DNA from: an uncultured Acidobacteriota bacterium
GTDB taxonomy: Bacteria > Acidobacteriota > Vicinamibacteria > Vicinamibacterales > 2-12-FULL-66-21
Reading direction: 5' to 3'
DNA length: 64,000 nt
Assembly: GCA_963695655.1 (NCBI GenBank)
Contig: CAVOHG010000002.1
Coordinates: 305,117 to 369,116 of the forward strand
In this document: positions 51,519-60,198 of the stretch, one piece after another
Numbering within the stretch: position 1 is the first letter of the stretch
Layout: each line of letters starts with the position of its first letter
Notes under the pieces: model-generated
The model's input: only the letters and a program-made list of their open reading frames with translations
Told to the model about the DNA's origin: nothing
Databases searched by the model: none
Position numbers and translations under genes: made by a program

Positions 51519-53465
51519 ATGACGATGCTCGACCGGATGCGCCGACACAAGGGCTGGCTCAAGTGGAGCCTGGCCGTTGTCGTCCTTGCATTCATCCTTT
51601 TGTATATCCCCAGCTTCCTCCAGACCGATGCCCGGGCCGGCAGCAGCCAGGTGGTGGCATCCGTGGACGGCCGGGAGATCACGGCCGACCGGTTCAGGCG
51701 CGTTTACCAGCAGCAGATGCAGCAGTATCGGTCGGCGTACGGCGCCAACGTCGACGAACGCATGCTGAAGCAGCTCGGCATCGACCAGCGGATCGTGCAG
51801 CAGATGCTCGAGGAAGAGACCGCGCTGGCCGAAGCATCGAAGCTGGGCATCACGGCGACGGACGAAGAAGTGCGTGAGCGCATTGCCGTTCTCCCCGCGC
51901 TTCAGGAGAACGGGCGCTTCATCGGCGAGGAACGCTACCGCCAGCTGCTGCAGATGCAGAATCCCCCGCTCCGCCCTGACGAATTCGAAGAACAGGTGCG
52001 CCGCGGCGTCACGGTCGAGAAGCTGCAGGCCGCGCTGACGAACTGGATTACGGTGACGGACAAGGAAGTCGACCAGGAGTTCCGCCGCCGGAACGAGAAG
52101 GTGAAGCTCGCGGTCGTGTCGTTCCCCTCCGACAAGTTCCGTGAGGGACTCGCGGCGACCGACGCCGAACTGAACACCTATTTCGAGGCGCACAAGAACG
52201 AGCTCAAGATCCCCGAGAAGCGGAAGGTCAAGTACGCGGTCATCGACATGCAGGCCGCGCGCGAGAAGATTCAGATTTCGCCCGAGGACATCCAGCGCTC
52301 GTACGAGGACAATCAGCAGCAGTACTCGACGCCGGAGCAGGTGCGCGCCAGCCACATCCTGTTGAAGACCGAAGGCAAGGACGAAGCCGCGGTCAAGAAG
52401 CAGGCCGAAGAGGTTCTTGCCAAGGCGAAGGCCGGGGGCGATTTCGCGCAGCTCGCCAAGCAGTACTCGGAAGACGACACCAGCAAGGTGAAGGGCGGAG
52501 ACCTCGATTACTTCCCCAAGGGCCAGATGGTGCCGGAGTTCGACAAGGCGGCGTTTGCGATGACGCCTGGGCAGATCAGCGACCTCGTCAAGACCCAGTA
52601 CGGCTTCCACATCATCAAGGTGATCGACAAGAAAGCGGCGACGACGAAGCCGCTGGCCGAAGTGCGGGCACAGATCGAAGACCAGTTGAAGTGGGATCGG
52701 GCGCAGACCCAGGCGCAGCGGACCGCAGACGATGTCGCGTCGAAGCTGAAGAAGCCGGCGGACTTCGACACCGTCGCCAAGGCGCGCGGACTGACCGTGG
52801 GTGAGTCGGGATTGTTCAGCCGCGAGGAGCCGATCACCGGCATCGGCATGGCGCCTGCCGTGGCCGAGCGGGCGTTCGAACTCAAGGACGGTGAAGTGAG
52901 CGATGCGATCCGGACGCCCCAGGGCTTCGCGTTCATCACCGTCACCGGGCACCAGGATTCGTACGTGCCGAAGTTCGACGAGGTCAAGGCCAAGGTGAGC
53001 GACGCGGTCCTGAAGAAGAAGGCCATCGACGCGGCACGCCAGCGCGCGGCGGCCGTTGACGCACAGATGAAGTCAGGGGACTTCGATGCCGCCGCCAAGA
53101 CTGCTGGCCTCGAGGTGAAGACCACCGACCTCATCGCGCGAGGCGCGACGATTGCGGACGTCGGCGTCAGCCCTGCGGTCGATGCGGCCGCGTTCGCGCT
53201 GCCCGCCGGCGGCGTCAGCGACCCAATCGTCACCGACACGGGCGCCGTGATCGTGAAGGTGCTCGAGAAGGCCGACGCGAACACCAAGCCCGCCGTCGCC
53301 GCCAAGGATGCTCCGCCCGCCCAGCCGCCCGCGACGATGGACTCGGTCAGGACCGACATGCTCAGCGAGCGGCGCAATCGCTTCTACGCGTCGTATATGA
53401 GCAAGGCGCGCGAGCGGATGAAGGTGAACATCAACCGCGAGGTCATCGCGCAGCTGGTGGCGTAA
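51519..53465 (+). CDS. PpiD/SurA-like periplasmic chaperone with a parvulin PPIase domain
   Basis: MTMLDRMRRHKGWLKWSLAVVVLAFILLYIP anchor. Parvulin domain ...VRASHILLKT...GGDLDYFPKGQMVPEFDKAAF...TQYGFHIIKV. Confidence 0.85.
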   Translation: MTMLDRMRRHKGWLKWSLAVVVLAFILLYIPSFLQTDARAGSSQVVASVDGREITADRFRRVYQQQMQQYRSAYGANVDERMLKQLGIDQRIVQQMLEEETALAEASKLGITATDEEVRERIAVLPALQENGRFIGEERYRQLLQMQNPPLRPDEFEEQVRRGVTVEKLQAALTNWITVTDKEVDQEFRRRNEKVKLAVVSFPSDKFREGLAATDAELNTYFEAHKNELKIPEKRKVKYAVIDMQAAREKIQISPEDIQRSYEDNQQQYSTPEQVRASHILLKTEGKDEAAVKKQAEEVLAKAKAGGDFAQLAKQYSEDDTSKVKGGDLDYFPKGQMVPEFDKAAFAMTPGQISDLVKTQYGFHIIKVIDKKAATTKPLAEVRAQIEDQLKWDRAQTQAQRTADDVASKLKKPADFDTVAKARGLTVGESGLFSREEPITGIGMAPAVAERAFELKDGEVSDAIRTPQGFAFITVTGHQDSYVPKFDEVKAKVSDAVLKKKAIDAARQRAAAVDAQMKSGDFDAAAKTAGLEVKTTDLIARGATIADVGVSPAVDAAAFALPAGGVSDPIVTDTGAVIVKVLEKADANTKPAVAAKDAPPAQPPATMDSVRTDMLSERRNRFYASYMSKARERMKVNINREVIAQLVA

Positions 53466-53470
53466 AGAAG

Positions 53471-53550
53471 AGTCGCAGTCACCAGTTCCCAGTCGCCAGT
53501 TAGTCACCAGTTCTGCTCCTGGCTACTGGTTACTGGCTACTGGCAACTAG
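53471..53550. repeat. Inverted heptamer blocks CCAGTNN (53471-53513) and CTGGYTA (53519-53550)
   Basis: Reads agtcgcagtcaccagttcccagtcgccagttagtcaccagttc, then ctggctactggttactggctactggcaactag. It lies between convergent ppiD and sppA. The sppA stop is inside the right block. Confidence 0.85.
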
Positions 53551-55292
53551 TGGATGAAGACATTCGGCATAATCGCTAACGGCTCTCCCCTTCGGAAGAT
53601 CCGGAGCGGCGCCGTCAGCAGCTCGAGCGCCCGCGGGTCGCGGAATCCAAGCATCGCCGAGAGACCGCTGGTGCTGTCGGCGCCGCCGAACGGGTTCTTG
53701 ACGATGTCGTAGATCGACTTCCTGCCCGGAAACACGACCAGCTCCACTTCGCTGCCTGCGGGGATCTTCGCGCGTTGCCTGGCGACGACGAGCGCGCGTT
53801 CGAGACCGCCGAGTTCGTCGACGAGACCGATGTCCTTCCCTTGCTTCCCCGTCCAGACGCGACCCTGCGCGACGGCGTCGATCCGCTGCGGCGTGGTGTG
53901 TCGGCCCTCGGCAGCCTTCTCGACGAAGGTGTCGTAGGTCGCCTGCATCTGTTCCTGGACCTTGGCGCGCTCTTCGGGCGTGAACACGTGTACCGGCGAG
54001 TAGAGCCCGGCATAGCGGCCGCTGGTGACCCCTTCGACGTTCATGCCGAGCTTTTTCAGTGTGCCGTCGACCACGAACTTGAGCATCACCACCCCGATCG
54101 ACCCGGTGAGCGTCGCGGGCTCCGCGACGATCGAGTGCGCTGCCATCGCGATGTAGTAGCCGCCCGATGCCGCGACGTCCGACATCGAGGCAATCACCGG
54201 CTTCACCCCGCGCGTCAGCATCACTTCGCGCCAGATGATGTCTGAGGCGATTGCGGATCCTCCCGGGCTGTCGACTCGCAGGACGATCGCTTTGATCGAA
54301 TTGTCCGCGCGCGCCTTCCGCAGGTAGTCAATCATCGTGTCTGAACCGACGACTTGACCCGACGGTGCGTCGTAGCTGCTCTGACCCGATGCAATCACGC
54401 CCGACGCGTAGATGATCGCGATCCGCGGCCCGCGATTGAGCCCCAGCGAAGTCGGCGATATGCGGCGGTAGTCCGCCTCGGTGACGAATCTCGCCGTCCC
54501 GTTCGCGAGCTTGACCTTGTCGTCCAGTTCATCCTCGTACGCCACATCGTCCACCAGCCCCGCGCGGACGGCGTCCTCGGGCAGGAAGGGGCCGTGATCG
54601 ACGAGGCCGCGGATGTCCTTTTCTGATTTGTGGCGGCCGGCGGCCAGACCGCGAATCAGCTGCTCGTACATGTCGCCGTTCAGTGAACGCGCCATTTCGA
54701 GATGCGCCGGGGTGTAAGTGGTCTCGGTGAACGTGTTGGACGCGGTCTTGTACTGGCCGATGTGCAGCGTGTCGGGGTAGGCGCCGATCTTGTCGAGCGT
54801 GCCGCGCAGGAACAGCTCGTAGCTCGCCATGCCGGTGAGGTCGAGCGACGCCGTCGGCATCAGGAACACCTTGTCGCAGGCGCTCGCGAGGTAGAACTCC
54901 TGCTCGCCGCCGTATTCGAGATAGCCGACGATTGGCTTGCCGGATGTCTTGAAGTCCGTGATCGCGTCGCGGACCTCCTGCACCTTGCCCCACAGCGCCG
55001 CCGCGCCGGAGGGCCGGACGATGACGCTCGAGATCCGGCGATCGACCTTTGCCTTCCGCAGCGCCTCGACGAGAGATCGCACCGTCGCCGGGGCCTCGAA
55101 GAACTGCCCGATCACGCCGCCGGGCTCGGTCTCCTGGAGGTCGCCGCCGATCCGCAGCACCAGCGTCGAGTTGCCCGCGACCTGCGGCTGCCGTCCGACG
55201 ATGGCGGCCATGAGGATGAGACCCGCGGCCGACACCACGATGGCGGCGATGATGAGTCCGAGCACGATACCGACGCCGCGCCTGAGTGCCAC
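53547..55292 (-). CDS. sppA: Signal peptide peptidase SppA (67K type, two S49 domains)
   Basis: Intact 581 aa. N-terminal TM helix. ...KAIVLRVDSPGGSAIASD...IASMSDVAASGGYYIA... Confidence 0.9.
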   Translation of the reverse strand: MALRRGVGIVLGLIIAAIVVSAAGLILMAAIVGRQPQVAGNSTLVLRIGGDLQETEPGGVIGQFFEAPATVRSLVEALRKAKVDRRISSVIVRPSGAAALWGKVQEVRDAITDFKTSGKPIVGYLEYGGEQEFYLASACDKVFLMPTASLDLTGMASYELFLRGTLDKIGAYPDTLHIGQYKTASNTFTETTYTPAHLEMARSLNGDMYEQLIRGLAAGRHKSEKDIRGLVDHGPFLPEDAVRAGLVDDVAYEDELDDKVKLANGTARFVTEADYRRISPTSLGLNRGPRIAIIYASGVIASGQSSYDAPSGQVVGSDTMIDYLRKARADNSIKAIVLRVDSPGGSAIASDIIWREVMLTRGVKPVIASMSDVAASGGYYIAMAAHSIVAEPATLTGSIGVVMLKFVVDGTLKKLGMNVEGVTSGRYAGLYSPVHVFTPEERAKVQEQMQATYDTFVEKAAEGRHTTPQRIDAVAQGRVWTGKQGKDIGLVDELGGLERALVVARQRAKIPAGSEVELVVFPGRKSIYDIVKNPFGGADSTSGLSAMLGFRDPRALELLTAPLRIFRRGEPLAIMPNVFIH

Positions 55293-55331
55293 GAGGATCC
55301 CTCCTGTCCGACGATGGGTCGGTCGGGATCG

Positions 55332-55337
55332 AGTATA
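55332..55337 (-). promoter_or_regulatory. -10-like TATACT box upstream of sppA, preceded by a CTGATAG array
   Basis: The minus strand reads ...ctgatagctgatagctgagttgctgcgagcTATACTcgatcc...aggagggatcctcGTG. CTGATA sits 17 nt upstream of the box. Confidence 0.3.
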
Positions 55338-55348
55338 GCTCGCAGCAA

Positions 55349-55404
55349 CTCAGCTATCAGCTATCAGCCGTCAGCAATCAGCTTTCAGTAGTCAGCAATC
55401 AGTT
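55349..55404. repeat. Heptamer array NTCAGCN (reverse orientation of CTGANNG, 8 units)
   Basis: Reads ctcagct atcagct atcagcc gtcagca atcagct ttcagta gtcagca atcagtt. Confidence 0.9.
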
Positions 55405-55420
55405 GGGAACTGCGAGGTTT

Positions 55421-55588
55421 GTAGCTTCCGCCTTCAGGCGGAAGTTGTTAGGGCCAGCTTGCCGCGCCGAAGCCTCAGGAGTAGCTTCCGCCTTCAGGCG
55501 GAAGTTGTTAGGGCCAGCTTGCGCCGAAGCTCCCAGGAGTAGCTTCCGCCTTCAGGTTCCCAGGCGTAGCTTCCGCCTTCAGGCGGAA
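55421..55588. repeat. REP-like hairpin element, 4 copies (one truncated)
   Basis: gtagcttccgccttcaggcggaag at 55421-44, 55481-504 and 55565-88, with a truncated copy at 55539-56. The first two copies are part of a unit of about 60 nt that includes ttgttagggccagcttgc. Confidence 0.9.
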
Positions 55589-55592
55589 GTGC

Positions 55593-55625
55593 ATGAGCGG
55601 CCAGCCGAAGAGGCTGACCGCTCAT
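55593..55625 (-). terminator. Hairpin just downstream of the cytochrome gene stop (terminator-like, no T-run)
   Basis: atgagcggccagcc / ggctgaccgctcat, 13 of 14 bp. Confidence 0.35.
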
Positions 55626-55632
55626 TGGCAAG

Positions 55633-57159
55633 CTACGGTTTGGGGGCGGGTTTGGTGAACACGTCGTCAGCCACCGGAGCGTTGAGCTTCACGTCGGTGA
55701 ACTTTTCGGTCGTGACCGCGTTCCACGTCGCGTGCCGGACGGTGAACGGCACCTTGACCCCGTTCACGTCGCGGTAGTCGCTGTAGTCAATCTGTTCCGG
55801 CAGGTTCATCAAGCGGACGCCTGTCGTCACGATCGACCGGCGCAGGAGCAGACCGCTCTCGCGATCGAAACTGAGCTGCTCGGTGACGTCCGGATACGGG
55901 TGGCCGGTGAGGACGACAACCTGCTTGCCATCGACGGTGTCGTAGGTCTTGTTCACGGCCAGGCCTTTGTAGACGTCCTTGAGTCGCGTCGGGAGAGAGA
56001 AGTCGGCAAGGCGCAACCCCTGTTGCAGCTGGAATCCCGCCAGGTCGCGCGGCGCATCGGGCGCCGGCTGACCGCCGGGTCCACCCTGCCCGCCGCCGGG
56101 CCCAGCAGGTCCAGGGCCGGGAGCAGCGGGGGCACCGGATCCGCGTGCGCCTGCTGCGCCGGGACCGGCCGCACCCACCTGTCCACCAGGTGCACTGACA
56201 CCGGGACCAGCGGCCGCCGCACCGCCGGGGCCACCGGGCCCACCTGGTGCCGTGCCAGCGCCGGGACCACCAGGGCCAGGTGCCGCGCCGCCGGGGCCAC
56301 CAGGTCCGCCGGGACCGCCGCGCCCGCCACCACCAGGGCCTGCGGCAATCGTCCACGCGGTCTTGCCGTTGAAGGCGCGCACCGTCGGGATCGGCGTCGT
56401 CGCGATATCAATCCGGTATTCGCCTGTCGCCTTTTCCTGGACCGTCGCGGGTGTCGTCACGAGATCCCGGCTCGTCACCGTGCCGGTCATGACGCGGGTC
56501 TTTGCCGCCTGGAGGGCTGACGTTCCACCGAGCGCCTGCACATATTTGGAGACGACGTCATCGACCGTCTCTGTCGGTTCGGGCGGCGCCGCTGGCGCTC
56601 CGCCGCGTCCGGCACCTCCCGGTGCACCGCCGCCGCCAGGTCCGCCCGGACCACCGGGGCCACGACCGCGGGCCGCGGCTGCGGCCTGCGCCTGGGCGGG
56701 CGTCATTTCGATGGAGAGGGGCGGGGTCTTCGAGGGTTTCGCGTGGCCGTTGTGGCAGGACGCGCAGCTCAGGCGATCCTTGCCGTCGAAGAACTTGCTG
56801 TTCACGTCCGCGACCATCTTCATCATGTCGCGGGCGATTTTCTTGGTTTCCTTGTCGTCGAGATCGTTCTGCCCCTGGACGTGGCAGTAGTTGCACTGCA
56901 CGCCGAGCGACGCCGCGATGTACTGCATCGTGGTCCCCAGCTGATCCTGGGGGACGTCCTTGAGGACCTGGATGTTCTTGGGCGCGTTGCCACGGCCGCC
57001 GCCTCCGCCGCCGGGCTGCGGTGCACCCTGGGGGGCTGCCGCCGGGGGTGCGGCCGCCGGTGGCTGCTGCGCGCGGAGGGTCGTCCGTCCGGCGAGTGAG
57101 ATCAGCAGTGCAAGTGTCATGGCGGCCGTCAAGACACGGCCGGGGCTTCGTTCAATCAC
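55633..57159 (-). CDS. Di-haem c-type cytochrome (PRC cytochrome-subunit-like N-domain) fused to a beta-rich C-domain, interrupted by Gly/Pro low-complexity tracts
   Basis: Intact 508 aa. Signal peptide. NIQVLKDVPQDQLGTTMQYIAASLGVQCNYCH and ...RLSCASCH (two CxxCH motifs). GPGG-rich tracts at aa 157-193 and aa 273-369 (nt 56581-56691 and 56053-56343). Confidence 0.75.
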   Translation of the reverse strand: MIERSPGRVLTAAMTLALLISLAGRTTLRAQQPPAAAPPAAAPQGAPQPGGGGGGRGNAPKNIQVLKDVPQDQLGTTMQYIAASLGVQCNYCHVQGQNDLDDKETKKIARDMMKMVADVNSKFFDGKDRLSCASCHNGHAKPSKTPPLSIEMTPAQAQAAAAARGRGPGGPGGPGGGGAPGGAGRGGAPAAPPEPTETVDDVVSKYVQALGGTSALQAAKTRVMTGTVTSRDLVTTPATVQEKATGEYRIDIATTPIPTVRAFNGKTAWTIAAGPGGGGRGGPGGPGGPGGAAPGPGGPGAGTAPGGPGGPGGAAAAGPGVSAPGGQVGAAGPGAAGARGSGAPAAPGPGPAGPGGGQGGPGGQPAPDAPRDLAGFQLQQGLRLADFSLPTRLKDVYKGLAVNKTYDTVDGKQVVVLTGHPYPDVTEQLSFDRESGLLLRRSIVTTGVRLMNLPEQIDYSDYRDVNGVKVPFTVRHATWNAVTTEKFTDVKLNAPVADDVFTKPAPKP

Positions 57160-57342
57160 CAGGTTTCCTCCTGAGAGCGGTTCGGGTCGGGAGTTGTCGA
57201 GATAGAGGTTAGACCGGATACGCCCGCGGGCGGCGGGACGTTACACTTCGGCTGGAAAATTCGAGCGGGTGACCGGACTCGACGCCACACGCCGGTTTGT
57301 CTATAATTAGGGTTTCCAGTTCGAACGGTCTCCCCTTCTTGT

Positions 57343-57426
57343 GCGGAAGTGGCGGAACTGGCAGACGCGCAAGCCTCAGGAGCTTGTTACCGCAAGGTAG
57401 TGGAGGTTCAAATCCTCTCTTCCGCA
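57343..57426 (+). tRNA. tRNA-Leu (anticodon CAG), class II with a long variable arm
   Basis: Folded by hand. Acceptor GCGGAAG/CTTCCGC. D stem GCG/CGC. Anticodon stem CAAGC/GCTTG with loop CTCAGGA. Variable arm TACC-GCAA-GGTA. T arm GGAGG-TTCAAAT-CCTCT. Discriminator A. Confidence 0.92.
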
Positions 57427-57523
57427 AATCCTCTCTTCCGCACCACAGCTACAAGTGATTCATACTGAATAACTTGCCGCGTTCCAGTTGGTGCGGAATG
57501 CTGGAACTCCCTCTTCCGCACCA
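57411..57523 (+). repeat. Duplicated tRNA-Leu 3' end (16-nt perfect tandem copy plus CCA) and a third degenerate copy in a mini-hairpin
   Basis: aatcctctcttccgca at 57411-57426 and again at 57427-57442, followed by cca. ctcttccgcacca recurs at 57511-57523, paired with tggtgcggaa at 57489-57498. Confidence 0.85.
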
Positions 57524-57960
57524 GGCGAACGCGTGCGCTCCGCCGATTCTTCGTACGTTTCCAACCGACCACTCCGCGTGCGTGCCCATTCGGCAGGCCA
57601 CTATGGACAGGCGCTCGGTCGCGGCGCACCCGCGTTTCCGCTAAGGCCTCTGGAGCACGCTGCATTACTGCGCAACTTGCCGTACCTGTTTTGTACCTGG
57701 GCTTTGCGTAGTTGCTTGTAGCGTAGGCCGCGCGTTCGCGATCGAGAGGAGGCACGGGCGGTCCATCTCAGGTGCCGCGCTCCGGGACTCCGCGACGCCG
57801 TGCGCCCGGCCGCGACTCTGGCGGAGTGGAGCGTCAGGCTCTGCACGTGCGGTTGCTCCGCCCGCACTGGCGGGCGCACCGGACTACAACCAAGGCGTGG
57901 TGCGCAAGCGGCGTTGCGCGAGCGATGATTTCGTCTGCGTCGAGTGCTGTCGAACTTCGC

Positions 57961-58326
57961 CTACAACGTGGGGGTGCGGTGTGGCGCGGTCACCTCCTGA
58001 AGCCGCTCATGCCTCAAGCAGTACGGCGTCCACGGTATCGCATCGAGCCGTTTCGGCTCGATCGGACCTCCGTCTACCGTGCATTGACCGAACGTGCCGT
58101 TATCGATTCGTTTCAAAGCGGCTTCCACCTGTTGAAGGACGGCGGCATCGAGCTCCCCTGCGGTGAAGTCCTCGTTCGCCGCCTCGTCCGAGACGCTCTC
58201 GTCGGCCGCATCACGGCTGATGTCCCGCACCTGGTCGCGTCCGAGTGTGAGCTCGCGCTGGAGCCGTGCGCCGAGCTGACGTTCGAGCTGCAGAAGTCTT
58301 CGCCTGTAGTACTCGGTGTCCCTCAT
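57961..58326 (-). CDS. DksA/TraR-family protein (C-terminal zinc-finger region with only two Cys)
   Basis: MRDTEYYRRRLLQLERQL... coiled coil, then ...ALKRIDNGTFGQCTVDGGPIEPKRLDAIPWTPYCLRH. Confidence 0.75.
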   Translation of the reverse strand: MRDTEYYRRRLLQLERQLGARLQRELTLGRDQVRDISRDAADESVSDEAANEDFTAGELDAAVLQQVEAALKRIDNGTFGQCTVDGGPIEPKRLDAIPWTPYCLRHERLQEVTAPHRTPTL

Positions 58327-58340
58327 TCGAGCCTCCTCTA

Positions 58341-60045
58341 CTACGTGCCGACGGTCTGAGTTGAACCACTCCATTGCTGGAGCACTTGATGAACAAAGGC
58401 GATGGCAATCGACCCCTCGCCGACCGCGGACGCCACGCGCTTGATATTGCCGCCGCGCACATCGCCGACGGCAAAGATGCCGGGGCGACTCGTCTCGAGT
58501 AGATACGGCTGCCTCGCCAGGGGCCACCTCGACGCCGTCAGATCCGCGGGAGAAAGGTCCGGCCCCGTCTTGATGAAGCGCTTTTCGTCGAGGACGACAC
58601 AGCGCTCGAGCCAGCCGGTGTTTGGCATCGCGCCGGCCATGATGAAAACGTGTCGTATGTCGTGGGTTTCAATCGTGCTATCCGACTCAGCTCGCCAGCG
58701 CACGCGTTCGAGATGGCCGGTTCCTTCCACACCAACGAGTTCCGTCCTGGCGTGAAGCACGATCGCCGGATTGTCCTCGATGCGGCGAATGAGGTAGCGT
58801 GACATCGTGTCGGCCAGGCCGCTTGCGCGGACCAGCATGTGTACGCGCTTGACACCCTGCGCGAGGAACACCGCAGCCTGCCCCGCGGAGTTGCCGCCGC
58901 CAATCACCACGACCTCTTCGCCGGCGCAGAGCTGCGCCTCCATTGGCGTCGCCGCGTAGTAGACACCCGCGCCTTCAAACTGCGCGAGATTCTCAAGCGG
59001 CGGTTTCCGGTATTCCGCGCCGGTCGCGATAATCACCGCACGTGCCGGCACGGGAGCGCCGTCGTCAATCCGCACCGCGTACAATTGCTGGTTGCACGTC
59101 AGCGCCGTGGCCCCTTTCGCGATCATGATCTGCGCGCCGAATTTCTGGGCCTGCGAGTATGCACGCGCCGTGAGCTCCTGCCCGGAGATGCCGGTGGGAA
59201 AGCCGAGGTAGTTTTCGATTCTGGAACTCGATCCCGCCTGACCGCCGGGCACGTTCGACTCAACCACGAGGTACATCCAGCCCCTCGGACGCGGCGTAGA
59301 CCGCCGCTGCGAGACCGGCTGGACCGGCGCCCACGATCACGACATCGCGCACGTGCATCTGATCGATGGCCTCGTTGAAGCCGAGACACTCAGCGATTTG
59401 ACGATTGCTGGGATTGCGCAGCACGGCGTCGCCGCGGCAGATCAGGACGGGCACATCGGCCGCCGTCACGTTGAATCGATCCAGGAGCACCTGGGCGTCG
59501 GCGTCGTGATCAAGGTCGATGTACGCGAACGGATGGTTGTTGCGACTCAAGAACTCCCTTACCCGTAACGTGCCGGAGCAATGCGTGGACCCTACCAGGA
59601 CGACGTCACCGAGGCCGTTGGCAATCAGCTCGGCACGCCGCAGGATAAACGCCCGCATGACGATGTCGCTCAGTTCAGCGTCGGTCTGCACGAGCGCCAA
59701 CAACTGGCGGTGACTCAGCTCGAGGACCTCGCCCGGCTCGGTGACAAGCGCCCGAATCAGCGCGGGTCGGCCGGCGATCATATTGCCCTCACCGAGGAAC
59801 TCCCCTGGCCGGTGTGTGACGATGAGCGTGCTCGTGGCGCCGGACGGCCGCAGGATCTGGATCGCTCCGCTGACGACGACGAAGAACGGAATGTCTTTGT
59901 CGCCCGCGTTGACGAGTACTTCTCCAGCAGCAATCGGTCGTATGCGCGCATGCGCCGAGATGCGCGCCATCTGCGCGGCCGTCAACATTGGAAACAGCCG
60001 CTCGGTCGCGGTGTTCGCATGTAGCGGAAGATGAGTTTCAGGCAT
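58341..60045 (-). CDS. Cyclic-nucleotide-binding domain fused to thioredoxin-disulfide reductase-like flavoprotein, frame disrupted near 59270
   Basis: cNMP-binding ...GEVLVNAGDKDIPFFVVVSGAIQIL...GEFLGEGNMIAG. FAD motif VVIVGAGPAGLAAAVYAASEGLDV joins LVVESNVPGGQAGSSSRIENYLGFP...VVVIGGGNSAGQAAVFL...GIFAVGDVRGG. Confidence 0.85.
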
Positions 60046-60198
60046 GGCTAATTCAGTTCACACCAATCGAAGTAAGCATTAGGCGAATGCGATGGATGGG
60101 CTTCGACCGTGAAGGTCCAGGCCGCTCCGCTTCTCTGAGCCAAGCCCTCCCGATGCGACTTCAACGTGCGTCGCGTCACCCTGGACCTCAGTGCCCAC

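Noticed and set aside
51297-52952. N-terminal 550 codons of the 899-aa ORF 50253-52952
   Set aside because: This part is antisense to the clearly recognisable PpiD-like gene. Only the last 348 codons show GAF and GGDEF motifs.
55421-55588. CRISPR array (24-nt repeats separated by spacers of about 35 nt); the same question applies to 35480-35573
   Set aside because: The spacers between copies are near-identical to each other (ttgttagggccagcttgc...), so this is a tandem longer unit. One copy is truncated, the repeat is a tight hairpin typical of REP elements, and no cas genes or leader are present.
57489-57523. A second (mini) tRNA gene
   Set aside because: Only an acceptor-like 10-bp stem with a 15-nt loop is present, with no D, anticodon or T arms. 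It is better explained as a remnant copy of the tRNA-Leu 3' end.
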